Shown piece after piece: positions 8,062 through 16,099 of a DNA stretch of 24,000 nucleotides. The translations under genes and the position numbers were made by a program. A model generated the notes under the pieces. That model was not told the origin of the DNA, made no database searches, and saw only the letters and a list, made by a program, of their open reading frames with translations. Position 1 is the stretch's first letter, and every line of letters starts with the position of its first letter. The stretch is from Candidatus Micrarchaeota archaeon (lineage in GTDB: Archaea; Micrarchaeota; Micrarchaeia; Micrarchaeales; Micrarchaeaceae), in the NCBI GenBank assembly GCA_021827995.1, contig JAKATK010000014.1, positions 10,888-34,887 of the forward strand. Reading direction: 5' to 3'.

Positions 8062-8544
8062 TTACAGCATCTTAGCGTGTATGTTCGTTATCGGCCTGAA
8101 CCCCTGCTTCGCGTAGAACTCCACAGATATCCGGTTCTGCGATGGGAACTCTGCAGACACTAGGTGTATGCCGCGCTGCTTGAGCTTGCCGAGGGCGTGG
8201 CGCATGAGCTCAGTGCCTATCTCATGCTTCCTGAATTCCGGCATTATGTAGAACTCCTGCACCCTCCCCTCTGTGCCTGGCTCGTTGAAGATGCGGTCGA
8301 GTATCTCGACCTTAACGAAGCCCATGACCCTGCCCTCACGCTCGGCCACTATTATGATCGAGTCCCTGTCCTTAAGCGCATTGGTCACGTAAGCCTTCGC
8401 CTGCTCCCTCACGTCGTCCCTGACCTTGAGCATTGTGTCGAACTCCTCGTTTAGCCTCTTGAGCCTGACGACAAGATCCGTGACGGCATCTGCGTCGCCC
8501 TTGCGCGCGTCCCTGAACTTTACTCCGGCGTCTATCTTGGCCAT
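8062..8544 (-). CDS. GNAT family N-acetyltransferase
   Basis: 160 aa. Acetyl-CoA binding region EFYIMPEFRKHEIGTELMRHALGKLKQRG (R/Q-x-x-G-x-G/A-like) and C-terminal FYAKQGF. Confidence 0.8.
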   Translation of the reverse strand: MAKIDAGVKFRDARKGDADAVTDLVVRLKRLNEEFDTMLKVRDDVREQAKAYVTNALKDRDSIIIVAEREGRVMGFVKVEILDRIFNEPGTEGRVQEFYIMPEFRKHEIGTELMRHALGKLKQRGIHLVSAEFPSQNRISVEFYAKQGFRPITNIHAKML

Positions 8545-8562
8545 CGAAACACCACATAAGCA

Positions 8563-9894
8563 TTATGGCGGCATCCTAATTAATTTGTTCTTTACGAGCG
8601 TCGCGAGCGTGGACCTGCTCTCCTTTATTATGAAGTCCGCGCGCCTGTGGAACCAGGCCTTGGACATCCGCCTCTTCGCTACGTGCTGCTCTACTGCGCG
8701 CGCGGCCACTACCGCGGCCACCGCAGGATAAACGTCCCACTCGCTCATGTCCGGCAGTATGTGGTCCTCGGACAGGCCGTTCTTGGCCGCATACCTGGCC
8801 AGCTCTGTCGATGCCGCCACTATCATCTCGTCGGTTATCCTCGACGCCCTGGCGTCTAGCGCGCCCCTGAACATTGCCGGGAAGATGAGGCTGTTGTTCA
8901 CCTGGTTTGGGAAGTCCGACCTGCCTGTTGCCACTATCCTGGCGCCAGCCCCCTTGGCCTCCCATGGCCAGATCTCCGGTACCGGGTTCGCGAGTGTGAA
9001 TACGATCGAATCGCTGTTCATGGCGCTGATGCAGCCCTTGGGGAACTTGTCCGGACCAGGACCGGCTGCGGCCACCAGGGCGTCGGCGCCCTTGAGCGCA
9101 GCGTCCAGGCCACCCTCAACCCGGTCTGCATTGGTCTTGAGCGCGAGCTCGTACTTCCACGGGTTGTGCAGCTCCAGCTCGTCCAGGTCCTCCCTTTCCG
9201 GGTGCAGCGTGCCCTTCTTGTCGACGAGTATAATGTTGCCTGCCTTGAAGCCGGCTGCCATGAGCACCCTGGCGGTTGCTATGTTGGAGGCACCGGCACC
9301 GAAGAACACGACCCTTGTCTGGCCAACATCCCTGCCGGTAAGCTTCAGCGCGCCGAAGAGCCCAGCCAGCGTAGCGCCGGCAGTTCCCTGCTGGTCGTCG
9401 TGCCATACTGGAACGCTCAGCTTGCCTCGAAGGCTGTCTAGCAGGAAGAAGCATTTCGGCGACTCTATGTCCTCGAGGTTGAAACCTCCGAATGACGGCT
9501 CCAGGGCCTTCACGGTATCGAATATCTTGTTCTGGTCATGCACCCCAAGGGTTATGGGCACTGCGTTGACGCCACCGAGGTACTTGAACATCAGCGCCTT
9601 GCCCTCCATCACCGGCATGGCGGCCTGCGGACCGACGTTGCCGAGGCCGAGCACCCTGGTCCCATCGGTCACTATGGCTATGGTGTTCCACCTGCTCGTG
9701 AGCTCGAACGAAAGGTCGCTGTTGCGCTCGATGGCCTTCGACACCGCGGCCACCCCGGGCGTGTACCAGACAGAGAAGTCCTTCAAGCTGCGCACTGGAA
9801 CGTTTGGCACCACCGATATCTTACCGCCGTAGAACCTGGAGTAGCGTATCGCCAGCCTGTAGTATTTCTCGGTGTCGTGGTTCTTCTTAGGCAT
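8563..9894 (-). CDS. NAD(P)-dependent malic enzyme (oxaloacetate-decarboxylating malate dehydrogenase)
   Basis: VWYTPGVAAVSKAI, AIVTDGTRVLGLGNVG, FGGFNLEDI, HDDQQGTA and the Rossmann FFGAGASNIA motifs. ATG 9894 (MPKKNHD...) is preferred over the upstream track start 9909. Confidence 0.9.
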   Translation of the reverse strand: MPKKNHDTEKYYRLAIRYSRFYGGKISVVPNVPVRSLKDFSVWYTPGVAAVSKAIERNSDLSFELTSRWNTIAIVTDGTRVLGLGNVGPQAAMPVMEGKALMFKYLGGVNAVPITLGVHDQNKIFDTVKALEPSFGGFNLEDIESPKCFFLLDSLRGKLSVPVWHDDQQGTAGATLAGLFGALKLTGRDVGQTRVVFFGAGASNIATARVLMAAGFKAGNIILVDKKGTLHPEREDLDELELHNPWKYELALKTNADRVEGGLDAALKGADALVAAAGPGPDKFPKGCISAMNSDSIVFTLANPVPEIWPWEAKGAGARIVATGRSDFPNQVNNSLIFPAMFRGALDARASRITDEMIVAASTELARYAAKNGLSEDHILPDMSEWDVYPAVAAVVAARAVEQHVAKRRMSKAWFHRRADFIIKESRSTLATLVKNKLIRMPP

Positions 9895-9992
9895 CGAGCA
9901 CCACCGCAAGGGGCATGGTTGACATGTAGGTGAACGACTAAAGTATTTAGACCTCTCGCACGCATTACGTTTTTATGTGTAGATTCAGTTCG

Positions 9993-10020
9993 GGGCCGCG
10001 CGGCGCGCCCTCCGCGGCCC
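9993..10020 (+). promoter_or_regulatory. GC-rich inverted repeat GGGCCGCG-N12-CGCGGCCC in the leader of the Toprim gene
   Basis: Perfect 8-bp arms read directly. It lies 11 nt upstream of ATG 10031 and about 20 nt downstream of the TATA-like TTTTTATG (9970-9977). Confidence 0.3.
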
Positions 10021-10030
10021 AGGTGGCAGC

Positions 10031-10414
10031 ATGCACGATGACAGCTATGGCATCAGGAAAAGGAAGCTCATAGAGGGCATTCTCGGTAGCTTCAGGGCCG
10101 GCTTCGTAGTCGTCGAGGGCAAGCATGACGTGGCTACGCTGGCCAGGCTCGGGGTCAGTGCCGTACGCTTGGGCGCCCTGCCAGGCAAGGTCGATGCCAT
10201 CAGGGCAGCAGCTCCGAAATCCACGTTCTATATAGTGATGGACATGGACAGGGGCGGGGCCGACAAGGAGGGCAGGGCAATAAGCTTCCTAACGAGCGTA
10301 GACCAGGCAATAAAGTACGACACCGGAATGGGCCGCAGGTTCCTAAAGGCCCTCGGGATAACATCGGTCGAGCAGGCTTACAAAAGGGTCGAGGAGTTGC
10401 TCGGCACGCAGTAG
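10031..10414 (+). CDS. Small Toprim-domain protein (UPF0292 / RNase M5-like, COG1658-type)
   Basis: 127 aa. Toprim glutamate in VVVEGKHDVATLARLG and the DxD motif in YIVMDMDRGGADKEGR. Confidence 0.7.
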   Translation: MHDDSYGIRKRKLIEGILGSFRAGFVVVEGKHDVATLARLGVSAVRLGALPGKVDAIRAAAPKSTFYIVMDMDRGGADKEGRAISFLTSVDQAIKYDTGMGRRFLKALGITSVEQAYKRVEELLGTQ

Positions 10415-10634
10415 CTGGTCGTAGTTCTCGCCGCTTACCTGCATGTGTCCACCGTTTGCCGCATCTGCGCTGAGTTGCGCGAGAAGTGGTCGAGGGGCGC
10501 TTCCAGCGCGGTCAGGCGCCGGCGCTATATCTATAAACCTTGCCGTACAATACACTACGAGCAAGTAGGGATGGAAAGAATTCATTCGCTTTTCCTCCTG
10601 TGAACGGTATAGCAATAAAAGAAACGGTGTTAGA

Positions 10635-11969
10635 TTGAAGTCTTTTTCAGAGATGTCATTAAAGCCAGAGCTAGCAGAGGCCATAGGCAGGGTCGGGTTC
10701 ACCGCAGCAACTGAGGTGCAGGAGCGTTCCATACCCTCGATACTCCTGGGCAGGGACGTGATAGTCAGGGCCAAGACCGGTACCGGCAAGACCGCGGCGT
10801 TCATAATCCCTATAATGCAGCGCATAACGCACTCGGGTTCAGTGAGCGCAATAATCATAGTGCCCACCAGGGAGCTGGCGCTGCAGGTGGCCGAGTTCTC
10901 CCGCAAGCTGGGCGAGCACATGCGCCTACGCACCACCACGGTCTACGGCGGCGCGTCGATAAACGTGCAGACGAGCGAGCTGGAGCGCGGCACCGACATA
11001 GTCGTCGGCACGCCAGGCAGGATAATAGACCTACTGGACCGCGGCGTACTGAGGCTCGATTCCGTGAAGTTCGTGGTGCTGGACGAGGCGGACCGCATGC
11101 TCGACATGGGCTTCATAGAGGACATAGACTACATACTCTACAAGACGCCGATGAAGAGGCAGACGATGCTCTTCTCGGCCACGATGCCGCAGGAGATAGT
11201 CAAGATAGCAAAGCGACACATGGACCAGGGCGTCGAGACTATACTGGTGGGCGAGGACGACGAGCTCGTGGTCTCGACGATCTCGCACAGCTGCGCATTC
11301 GCCAACGGCAACGCCAAGTTCGCCTCGCTGCTCTGGTACATCGACAAGTTCAAGCCCAAGAAGTGCATAGTATTCTCGCGCACGCAGCGCTGGGCCGAGC
11401 TGATACACGACGTTCTAAGGAACAACGGCTACAACGCCGTGCTGCTGCACGGCGGCCTGACGCAAGCGGTGCGGGAGAGGTCCCTGAGCCACTTCAGGCA
11501 TGCCGGCGAGATACTCGTTGCCACTAACATAGCATCGAGGGGTCTCGATATAAACGACGTCACCGACATAGTTAACTTCGATACGCCTGAGACCTCTTAC
11601 GACTACATCCACAGGGTGGGCAGGTCCGCTAGGATGGGCAAGGAGGGCAGGGCGTTCACGATCTTCCGCTTCGACGAAAAGTGGATCAAGGATGACATAG
11701 AGTACGGCGCTAACATAAAGTTCGAGGAGCTCAGGCCAGAGCTCAGCAAGTACCCGAACGTAAGGCCACCAGAGCGCGCCAGGGAGCCGTTCGGTGGTCG
11801 CGGCGGTCCTGGCGGCCAGAGATGGCACAGGGGCAACCAGCAGTACGGCCGCGGGGAGCATCGCGATTACCGTGGGGGAAGGTTCCACCGCGGCGGCCAG
11901 CAGCACGGTCATCAGGGGCAGCACGGTCACCAGCAGTACCACAGACCGCAGGCGCAGGCCCAGGCCTAG
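10635..11969 (+). CDS. DEAD-box ATP-dependent RNA helicase with RGG/QH-rich C-terminal tail
   Basis: Q-motif (F...GFTAATEVQ), AKTGTGKT, PTRELA, TPGR, DEAD, SAT, ARGLD, HRVGRSAR. The TTG 10635 start retains the conserved Q-motif Phe; ATG 10653 is the alternative. Confidence 0.9.
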   Translation: MKSFSEMSLKPELAEAIGRVGFTAATEVQERSIPSILLGRDVIVRAKTGTGKTAAFIIPIMQRITHSGSVSAIIIVPTRELALQVAEFSRKLGEHMRLRTTTVYGGASINVQTSELERGTDIVVGTPGRIIDLLDRGVLRLDSVKFVVLDEADRMLDMGFIEDIDYILYKTPMKRQTMLFSATMPQEIVKIAKRHMDQGVETILVGEDDELVVSTISHSCAFANGNAKFASLLWYIDKFKPKKCIVFSRTQRWAELIHDVLRNNGYNAVLLHGGLTQAVRERSLSHFRHAGEILVATNIASRGLDINDVTDIVNFDTPETSYDYIHRVGRSARMGKEGRAFTIFRFDEKWIKDDIEYGANIKFEELRPELSKYPNVRPPERAREPFGGRGGPGGQRWHRGNQQYGRGEHRDYRGGRFHRGGQQHGHQGQHGHQQYHRPQAQAQA

Positions 11970-11971
11970 AG

Positions 11972-13930
11972 TCAGAGGCCCTTCTCGATCGCGTCCATAA
12001 TCTCGTGGGCTAGGAGCTCCTTCGTGCCGTCTACAAGCTTGGACGAGCCATCACGCATCAGTATGTGGGCGCGGTGCCTCGCCTCGGTGACCTGTGAGGA
12101 GTCGTTCAGCACCATGAGGCCGGCGCCGAGCTCCTTCATCCTGTGCCGGCCTGCTTCTATCATCCCCTTGTCGCTCATCATGTACTCCAGCTTGAAGCCG
12201 GCTATGAACAACTTCGGGAACTCTCTCGCTACCCTCTCTATGATCTTCGGAGTTGGCGTGAGCGACAGGTTCCACTTCCCGGTTGACTTTAGCTTGGTAT
12301 GCAGCTTGCTCTCAGGTTCGAAGTCCAGGACCGCGGCCGCGAATATTGCGGCATCGTATGGGCCAGACCTTAACTCCGAGAGGGTAGCGTCCAGCATCTC
12401 CTCAACCGTATTTGCCGCTATAGATCCCACGTACATCGGAACTGGCACCCTGGCTGGCCCAGTTATTACCTTGATCTCGCAGCCGCGCCTGAAGGCCTCC
12501 CTCGCTATGCTCGCGCCAAGCGCCCCGCTCGAGCTGTTCGATATGTACCTGACAGCGTCAAGGTAGTACCTGGTGGGCCCGGAGAGCAGCAGGATCCTCC
12601 TGCCTCTCAGCCTGCCTACGGCCAACTTCCTGTGCACGCTGTCCGAAACCTCGCGTATGCCAGGTATCTTGGCGATGCCCTCATCGATCCTTGGCGCTAT
12701 CACCATCGCGCCGCGCTTCCGCAGCTCCGCCAGGCTCTCCTTAAGCAGCGGATTGTCGTACAGCTTCATGTTCATGGCCGGCACTACTATCAGCTTGTCA
12801 TTGGGGTTGGCCGCGCACAGCGTCGTCACTGCGGTGTCCGCTATTCCAAGCGCAATCTTCCGTATAGTGTTCAGCGTCGCAGGGTAAACCAGTATTGCGT
12901 CGTAATCGGTGAGGTGCTCAGACATGCCGGTCAGGTGCGTGACCACGCCCCTGCCGGTCGCCCACTCCATGAGCGCTGGGCTGACGCCGAACTTCACAGC
13001 GCCATCGGTCATGAAGCACTCTACGTCGCAGCCGCTCCTACGCAGTTCCCTGGCGAGCCTGGGCGCCATTACGCTCGCGACGCTACCTGACATGCACAAC
13101 GCTACGCGCCTGCCAGCCAGCCAGTCGTTCTTCAGCGTCAGTTCGCCACCGGTCGGGTGCTTAGCGAACAGGCTACTGTAGTCCCCGAAGCCGTTAGTGC
13201 ATGGATTGCCTTCGGTGTAGAGAAGCCTGGACCTGCCAGCATCATCAGCGAGCGCGATTATTGTAGACGAGGTCATCTTCCAGTCGCCTGATCCGTGGAA
13301 GCATATCGAGGCGTGGCCCTTCTGTGATACGTGGTCCGCAGCGATAACCCCGATGCGTTTCAGCGCGTCGTCCAGCGACGCGCCTGGGATGCCAGCCGCG
13401 AGTCTCATGGCCCTCTCACTCCTGAGCGCAGAGCCCTTCCTGATCGCAGCGGTGCCAGCCTTGTAGACCGCGCCCTTCCTATGGACGAAGCTGGTTATGA
13501 CGTGGACACCGGCCTCAAGCTCTGTCTTCTGTACACGGCCTTCCTCGTAAAGCACGTGGAAAGCGGAGCGCTTGTCTGCGACCACGAAGTTGCCGCGCTT
13601 ATAGCCCATAGTGACCTCCTTCACAAGATAGTCGACAGCTGTCTTGGCGTCGTCGAACATGTTGAGCAGGTCGAGCATGAGAAGGCCGCGGCTGCGCCTG
13701 AAGTCGGTATCGATACCGGTGTGCTGGTCAGTGACTGCTACGAACAGGCCGCTCTTGTTAGCACCGATCCAGGTGCCGCCGCTCCTCACGTCAATAGGCG
13801 CATAAATCTCGCGCGCGCCCTTTATCCTGCGCGGCGGGTACTCCAGCGTGTCCGAACGCTCGTACCTGTTGTGCATAGCGACTATCTGGAAGCCGTCGAT
13901 TACCCGGTAGAGCAGCACCAGAGTGCACAT
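11972..13930 (-). CDS. coaBC: Tri-domain fusion: N-terminal TANGO2/NRDE-family domain + phosphopantothenoylcysteine decarboxylase (CoaC) + phosphopantothenate-cysteine ligase (CoaB)
   Basis: Uninterrupted 652-aa ORF. Residues 1 to about 256 (nt 13163-13930) show MC start, AMHNRYE (cf. NRDE), GGTWIG, GLFVAVTD, RSRGLL, RGNFVVAD and TSSTIIALAD, collinear with human TANGO2. Residues about 272-435 (nt 12626-13117) are a flavoprotein fold with VALCMSGSVAS, SEHL and VVPAMN. Residues about 441-652 (nt 11975-12610) carry GPTRYYLDAVRYISNSSSG, AAAVLDF and KLHTKLKS, the CoaB signatures. Confidence 0.85.
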   Translation of the reverse strand: MCTLVLLYRVIDGFQIVAMHNRYERSDTLEYPPRRIKGAREIYAPIDVRSGGTWIGANKSGLFVAVTDQHTGIDTDFRRSRGLLMLDLLNMFDDAKTAVDYLVKEVTMGYKRGNFVVADKRSAFHVLYEEGRVQKTELEAGVHVITSFVHRKGAVYKAGTAAIRKGSALRSERAMRLAAGIPGASLDDALKRIGVIAADHVSQKGHASICFHGSGDWKMTSSTIIALADDAGRSRLLYTEGNPCTNGFGDYSSLFAKHPTGGELTLKNDWLAGRRVALCMSGSVASVMAPRLARELRRSGCDVECFMTDGAVKFGVSPALMEWATGRGVVTHLTGMSEHLTDYDAILVYPATLNTIRKIALGIADTAVTTLCAANPNDKLIVVPAMNMKLYDNPLLKESLAELRKRGAMVIAPRIDEGIAKIPGIREVSDSVHRKLAVGRLRGRRILLLSGPTRYYLDAVRYISNSSSGALGASIAREAFRRGCEIKVITGPARVPVPMYVGSIAANTVEEMLDATLSELRSGPYDAAIFAAAVLDFEPESKLHTKLKSTGKWNLSLTPTPKIIERVAREFPKLFIAGFKLEYMMSDKGMIEAGRHRMKELGAGLMVLNDSSQVTEARHRAHILMRDGSSKLVDGTKELLAHEIMDAIEKGL

Positions 13931-13960
13931 GCACGCACCTACATTCGCTATGGTTTGCTG

Positions 13961-15889
13961 CTAGACAAAATTTAAGCTTGCGCCAGGCATGGAACCGTTG
14001 GGCGGGTATGCTCTAGTGCGTATCCAGTAGAACGTGACACTGCCACCGGAGCTTATGAATAAGCAGAGATACGATGGACCGATGTTAGGTATGTCATTTG
14101 AAGACGTAAGCTGGTTGCCGTAGTTATAATAACCATTGAGGTCTGTCTGGGACTGCCATGAGAGCGTGACTGTTATCGGGTAGCTGTAGGAACTGCCGGA
14201 TACCTGATTCGTGTTGCCGTTTGATATGGTTGGAAACTCTACCCACTGGTGCAGGCCGGAGGTAACGCCGTCAACCCATCCCCACCAACCGGAACAGCAG
14301 CCAGATGGCGTTTGCGTGTTCCAACCCAGCAGCTCGTCATGGCCATCGTATTGCGCCGTACCAGTATAGAAGTACGCGTCTGCCATCAGACCGGCGGGAG
14401 AGAGCCGGGTGGCGTAGTAGAAGAATATAGAGCCGCCGTTGCCAGTCAACGTTAAGCCGTTGTTGATGCTCTCGCCACCGCCATTGGCGCTGTAAGTCCA
14501 ACCTGACGGTACGGAAGAACCAGAGAAATCGGTGTAGACATTGAACACGTTTGCGCCGTTGTCGTACTGCGCGTATCTGGGACTTAGCTGCGGCGCCTCG
14601 CCTGCGATGGGCACGTCGAACTCCGTGCTTAACGGCTCGAACACCATGTATATCGTGTTTCCGGGCGCCGTCTGGGTTTCTCCGTTCGGCAGCTTTACCC
14701 AGAAGATCGCCTGCGACGACGATTGGTTGCTACACGCGGTCTCGGGGCAGCCCTCGAGCCACGAGGCCAGCGGCCCAGACGGGACGCCGTTCGTGAGCGA
14801 GGAGTAGAACCTTATGTTGCCCAGGTCGCCGCTCTCATAAGATGAATACGAAGAGGGGTTGAAAGTGATTTCCTGCTGGAACGTGCCTGATATCGTGCTG
14901 CCAGGATTGAGCGTTATCTGCACGTAAGGCGATGTCACTGTGAGCGTATACACGGCATTGCTCGTGGCACCGGTGAGCGCATTGGTGCCTGTCACCGTGA
15001 TCTGGTAACTGCCCGGCTGCGCCGACGCGGTGGTGTTTATCGATAGGATGCTGTTGCACGTAGGATCAGGCGTGCACGACAACGGGCTGAACGCCTTCGT
15101 TATAGTGGGCGGCGCGGTATCAGATAGCGTCACTACGTTGGCGTTGTTGGATATTGGTGTAGTAATCGTCACCAACGCGTTGGTCGACTGGCCTGCCGCG
15201 ATCGTGTTGCTGGTAGGGCTCACCGATACGGTGAAGCTGAACTGCCGCGCCGGTGGCGGTGCTGGCGGAGGCGAGGAAGATCCGGAACCTCCGCCGAAAT
15301 AGCCGCCGAACGATGCGCTGTTGGTACCCGCCTCCTTCGCCGTTATCGTAGCAACCTTCGAGTATGCCGTCGGGGCCGAGCACGGGCTCAGGCAGTAGCC
15401 CAGCCAGACGTAACCCGCGAACGGCGTCCCTATCGGAGCGTTCGCAGGTATCTGGCCGTACGCGAACTTGCTGGCGTTGAAGTCTGCGCCGACCGTTTGG
15501 CCCGGAAGTAGGTTGCCTATGAAGAGCGCCTTTGAAAGGTCGTTGGCCGTGAAGTTCTGCGGTACGCCCATACTGTTTAGCGGTTCGCCATCCGCGGCCA
15601 TGAACATAAAGGAATCGAAGTATTCCCTGCCCGTCGTCTGGCCGAATGTTATGCCTATACCGTTGGCGGTGTATACCAGGCTCTTGCAGACGAAGCCTGC
15701 TTGGGCGATGCAGGCCTGCGGTGCCAGGTTCGAGCCGTTGAAGACGCCGAGTTCGAAGAGCGCAGCTAGCACTACTGCTATGATCAGTATGGCCCATCCG
15801 TAGGTCATCAAGTACTCCATGGCTGACTGTGCTTTACTCCCGATCTTTTTGGCGATGGTACGCTGCGACTGCATGTGAATACTAACCAT
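13961..15889 (-). CDS. Large secreted/surface protein with archaeal class III (prepilin-type) signal peptide, beta-sandwich, DUF2341-like and lectin-like domains
   Basis: N-terminus ...KKIGSKA/QSAMEYLMTYGWAILIIAVVLAALF carries the Q-x-x-x-E-Y-L plus hydrophobic helix motif. It is followed by the Pro-rich linker GSGSSSPPPAPPPA, an S/T/N-rich beta-sandwich (GSYQITVTGT...YTLTVT), a DUF2341-like segment (GNIRFYSS...ASWLEGC...AIFWVKLPNG...IYMVF) and a W/G/Y-rich C-terminal lectin-like region. ATG 15874 (MQSQR...) is an alternative, possibly leaderless, start behind the TATA-like TTTAAATT at about 15897-15904. Confidence 0.75.
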   Translation of the reverse strand: MVSIHMQSQRTIAKKIGSKAQSAMEYLMTYGWAILIIAVVLAALFELGVFNGSNLAPQACIAQAGFVCKSLVYTANGIGITFGQTTGREYFDSFMFMAADGEPLNSMGVPQNFTANDLSKALFIGNLLPGQTVGADFNASKFAYGQIPANAPIGTPFAGYVWLGYCLSPCSAPTAYSKVATITAKEAGTNSASFGGYFGGGSGSSSPPPAPPPARQFSFTVSVSPTSNTIAAGQSTNALVTITTPISNNANVVTLSDTAPPTITKAFSPLSCTPDPTCNSILSINTTASAQPGSYQITVTGTNALTGATSNAVYTLTVTSPYVQITLNPGSTISGTFQQEITFNPSSYSSYESGDLGNIRFYSSLTNGVPSGPLASWLEGCPETACSNQSSSQAIFWVKLPNGETQTAPGNTIYMVFEPLSTEFDVPIAGEAPQLSPRYAQYDNGANVFNVYTDFSGSSVPSGWTYSANGGGESINNGLTLTGNGGSIFFYYATRLSPAGLMADAYFYTGTAQYDGHDELLGWNTQTPSGCCSGWWGWVDGVTSGLHQWVEFPTISNGNTNQVSGSSYSYPITVTLSWQSQTDLNGYYNYGNQLTSSNDIPNIGPSYLCLFISSGGSVTFYWIRTRAYPPNGSMPGASLNFV

Positions 15890-16099
15890 GCAAACAATTT
15901 AAACATGACCTTATGCCGGAATTTGTTTTGGCGTCTCACCAGCAACCGCTACGCTCGCGAAAAGGCATAAAAGGCTGTTATCTAGAGCTTATCGCAAGAC
16001 CACACTTCTAGTGGCGCCCCCTACCGTTCCGGTGTTTATCTGCTCTCGATACTATTCAATCGCGCAAGCAGGGAGTTCAGCGCAGTAGACCAATCCACT

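Noticed and set aside
8747-9832. 361-aa plus-strand ORF antisense to the malic enzyme gene
   Set aside because: The product is Ser/Ala/Pro/Leu-rich and low-complexity. The opposite strand encodes a full-length malic enzyme with all its motifs.
10343-10939. 198-aa minus-strand ORF, including an 80-codon sub-ORF from ATG 10585 preceded by a perfect AGGAGG
   Set aside because: It overlaps both the Toprim and the DEAD-box genes. Third-codon positions are A/T-rich, unlike every confident gene here, and there is no motif. The region 10415-10634 is more plausibly the helicase promoter and long 5' UTR.
12626-13117. Apparent absence of the clamp cysteine (bacterial ACGDxGxGR) in the CoaC domain, which reads RIDEGIAKIPGIRE
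   Set aside because: This could hint at altered chemistry. I cannot align it to archaeal CoaC sequences from memory, and archaeal enzymes may simply differ in this loop. It is not reported as a finding; a CoaC family alignment is needed.
15120-15797. 225-aa minus-strand ORF in an alternative frame of the pilin-like gene
   Set aside because: It is an Arg/Gln/Gly-rich shadow frame. The 13961..15889 frame gives a coherent signal peptide plus domain architecture.
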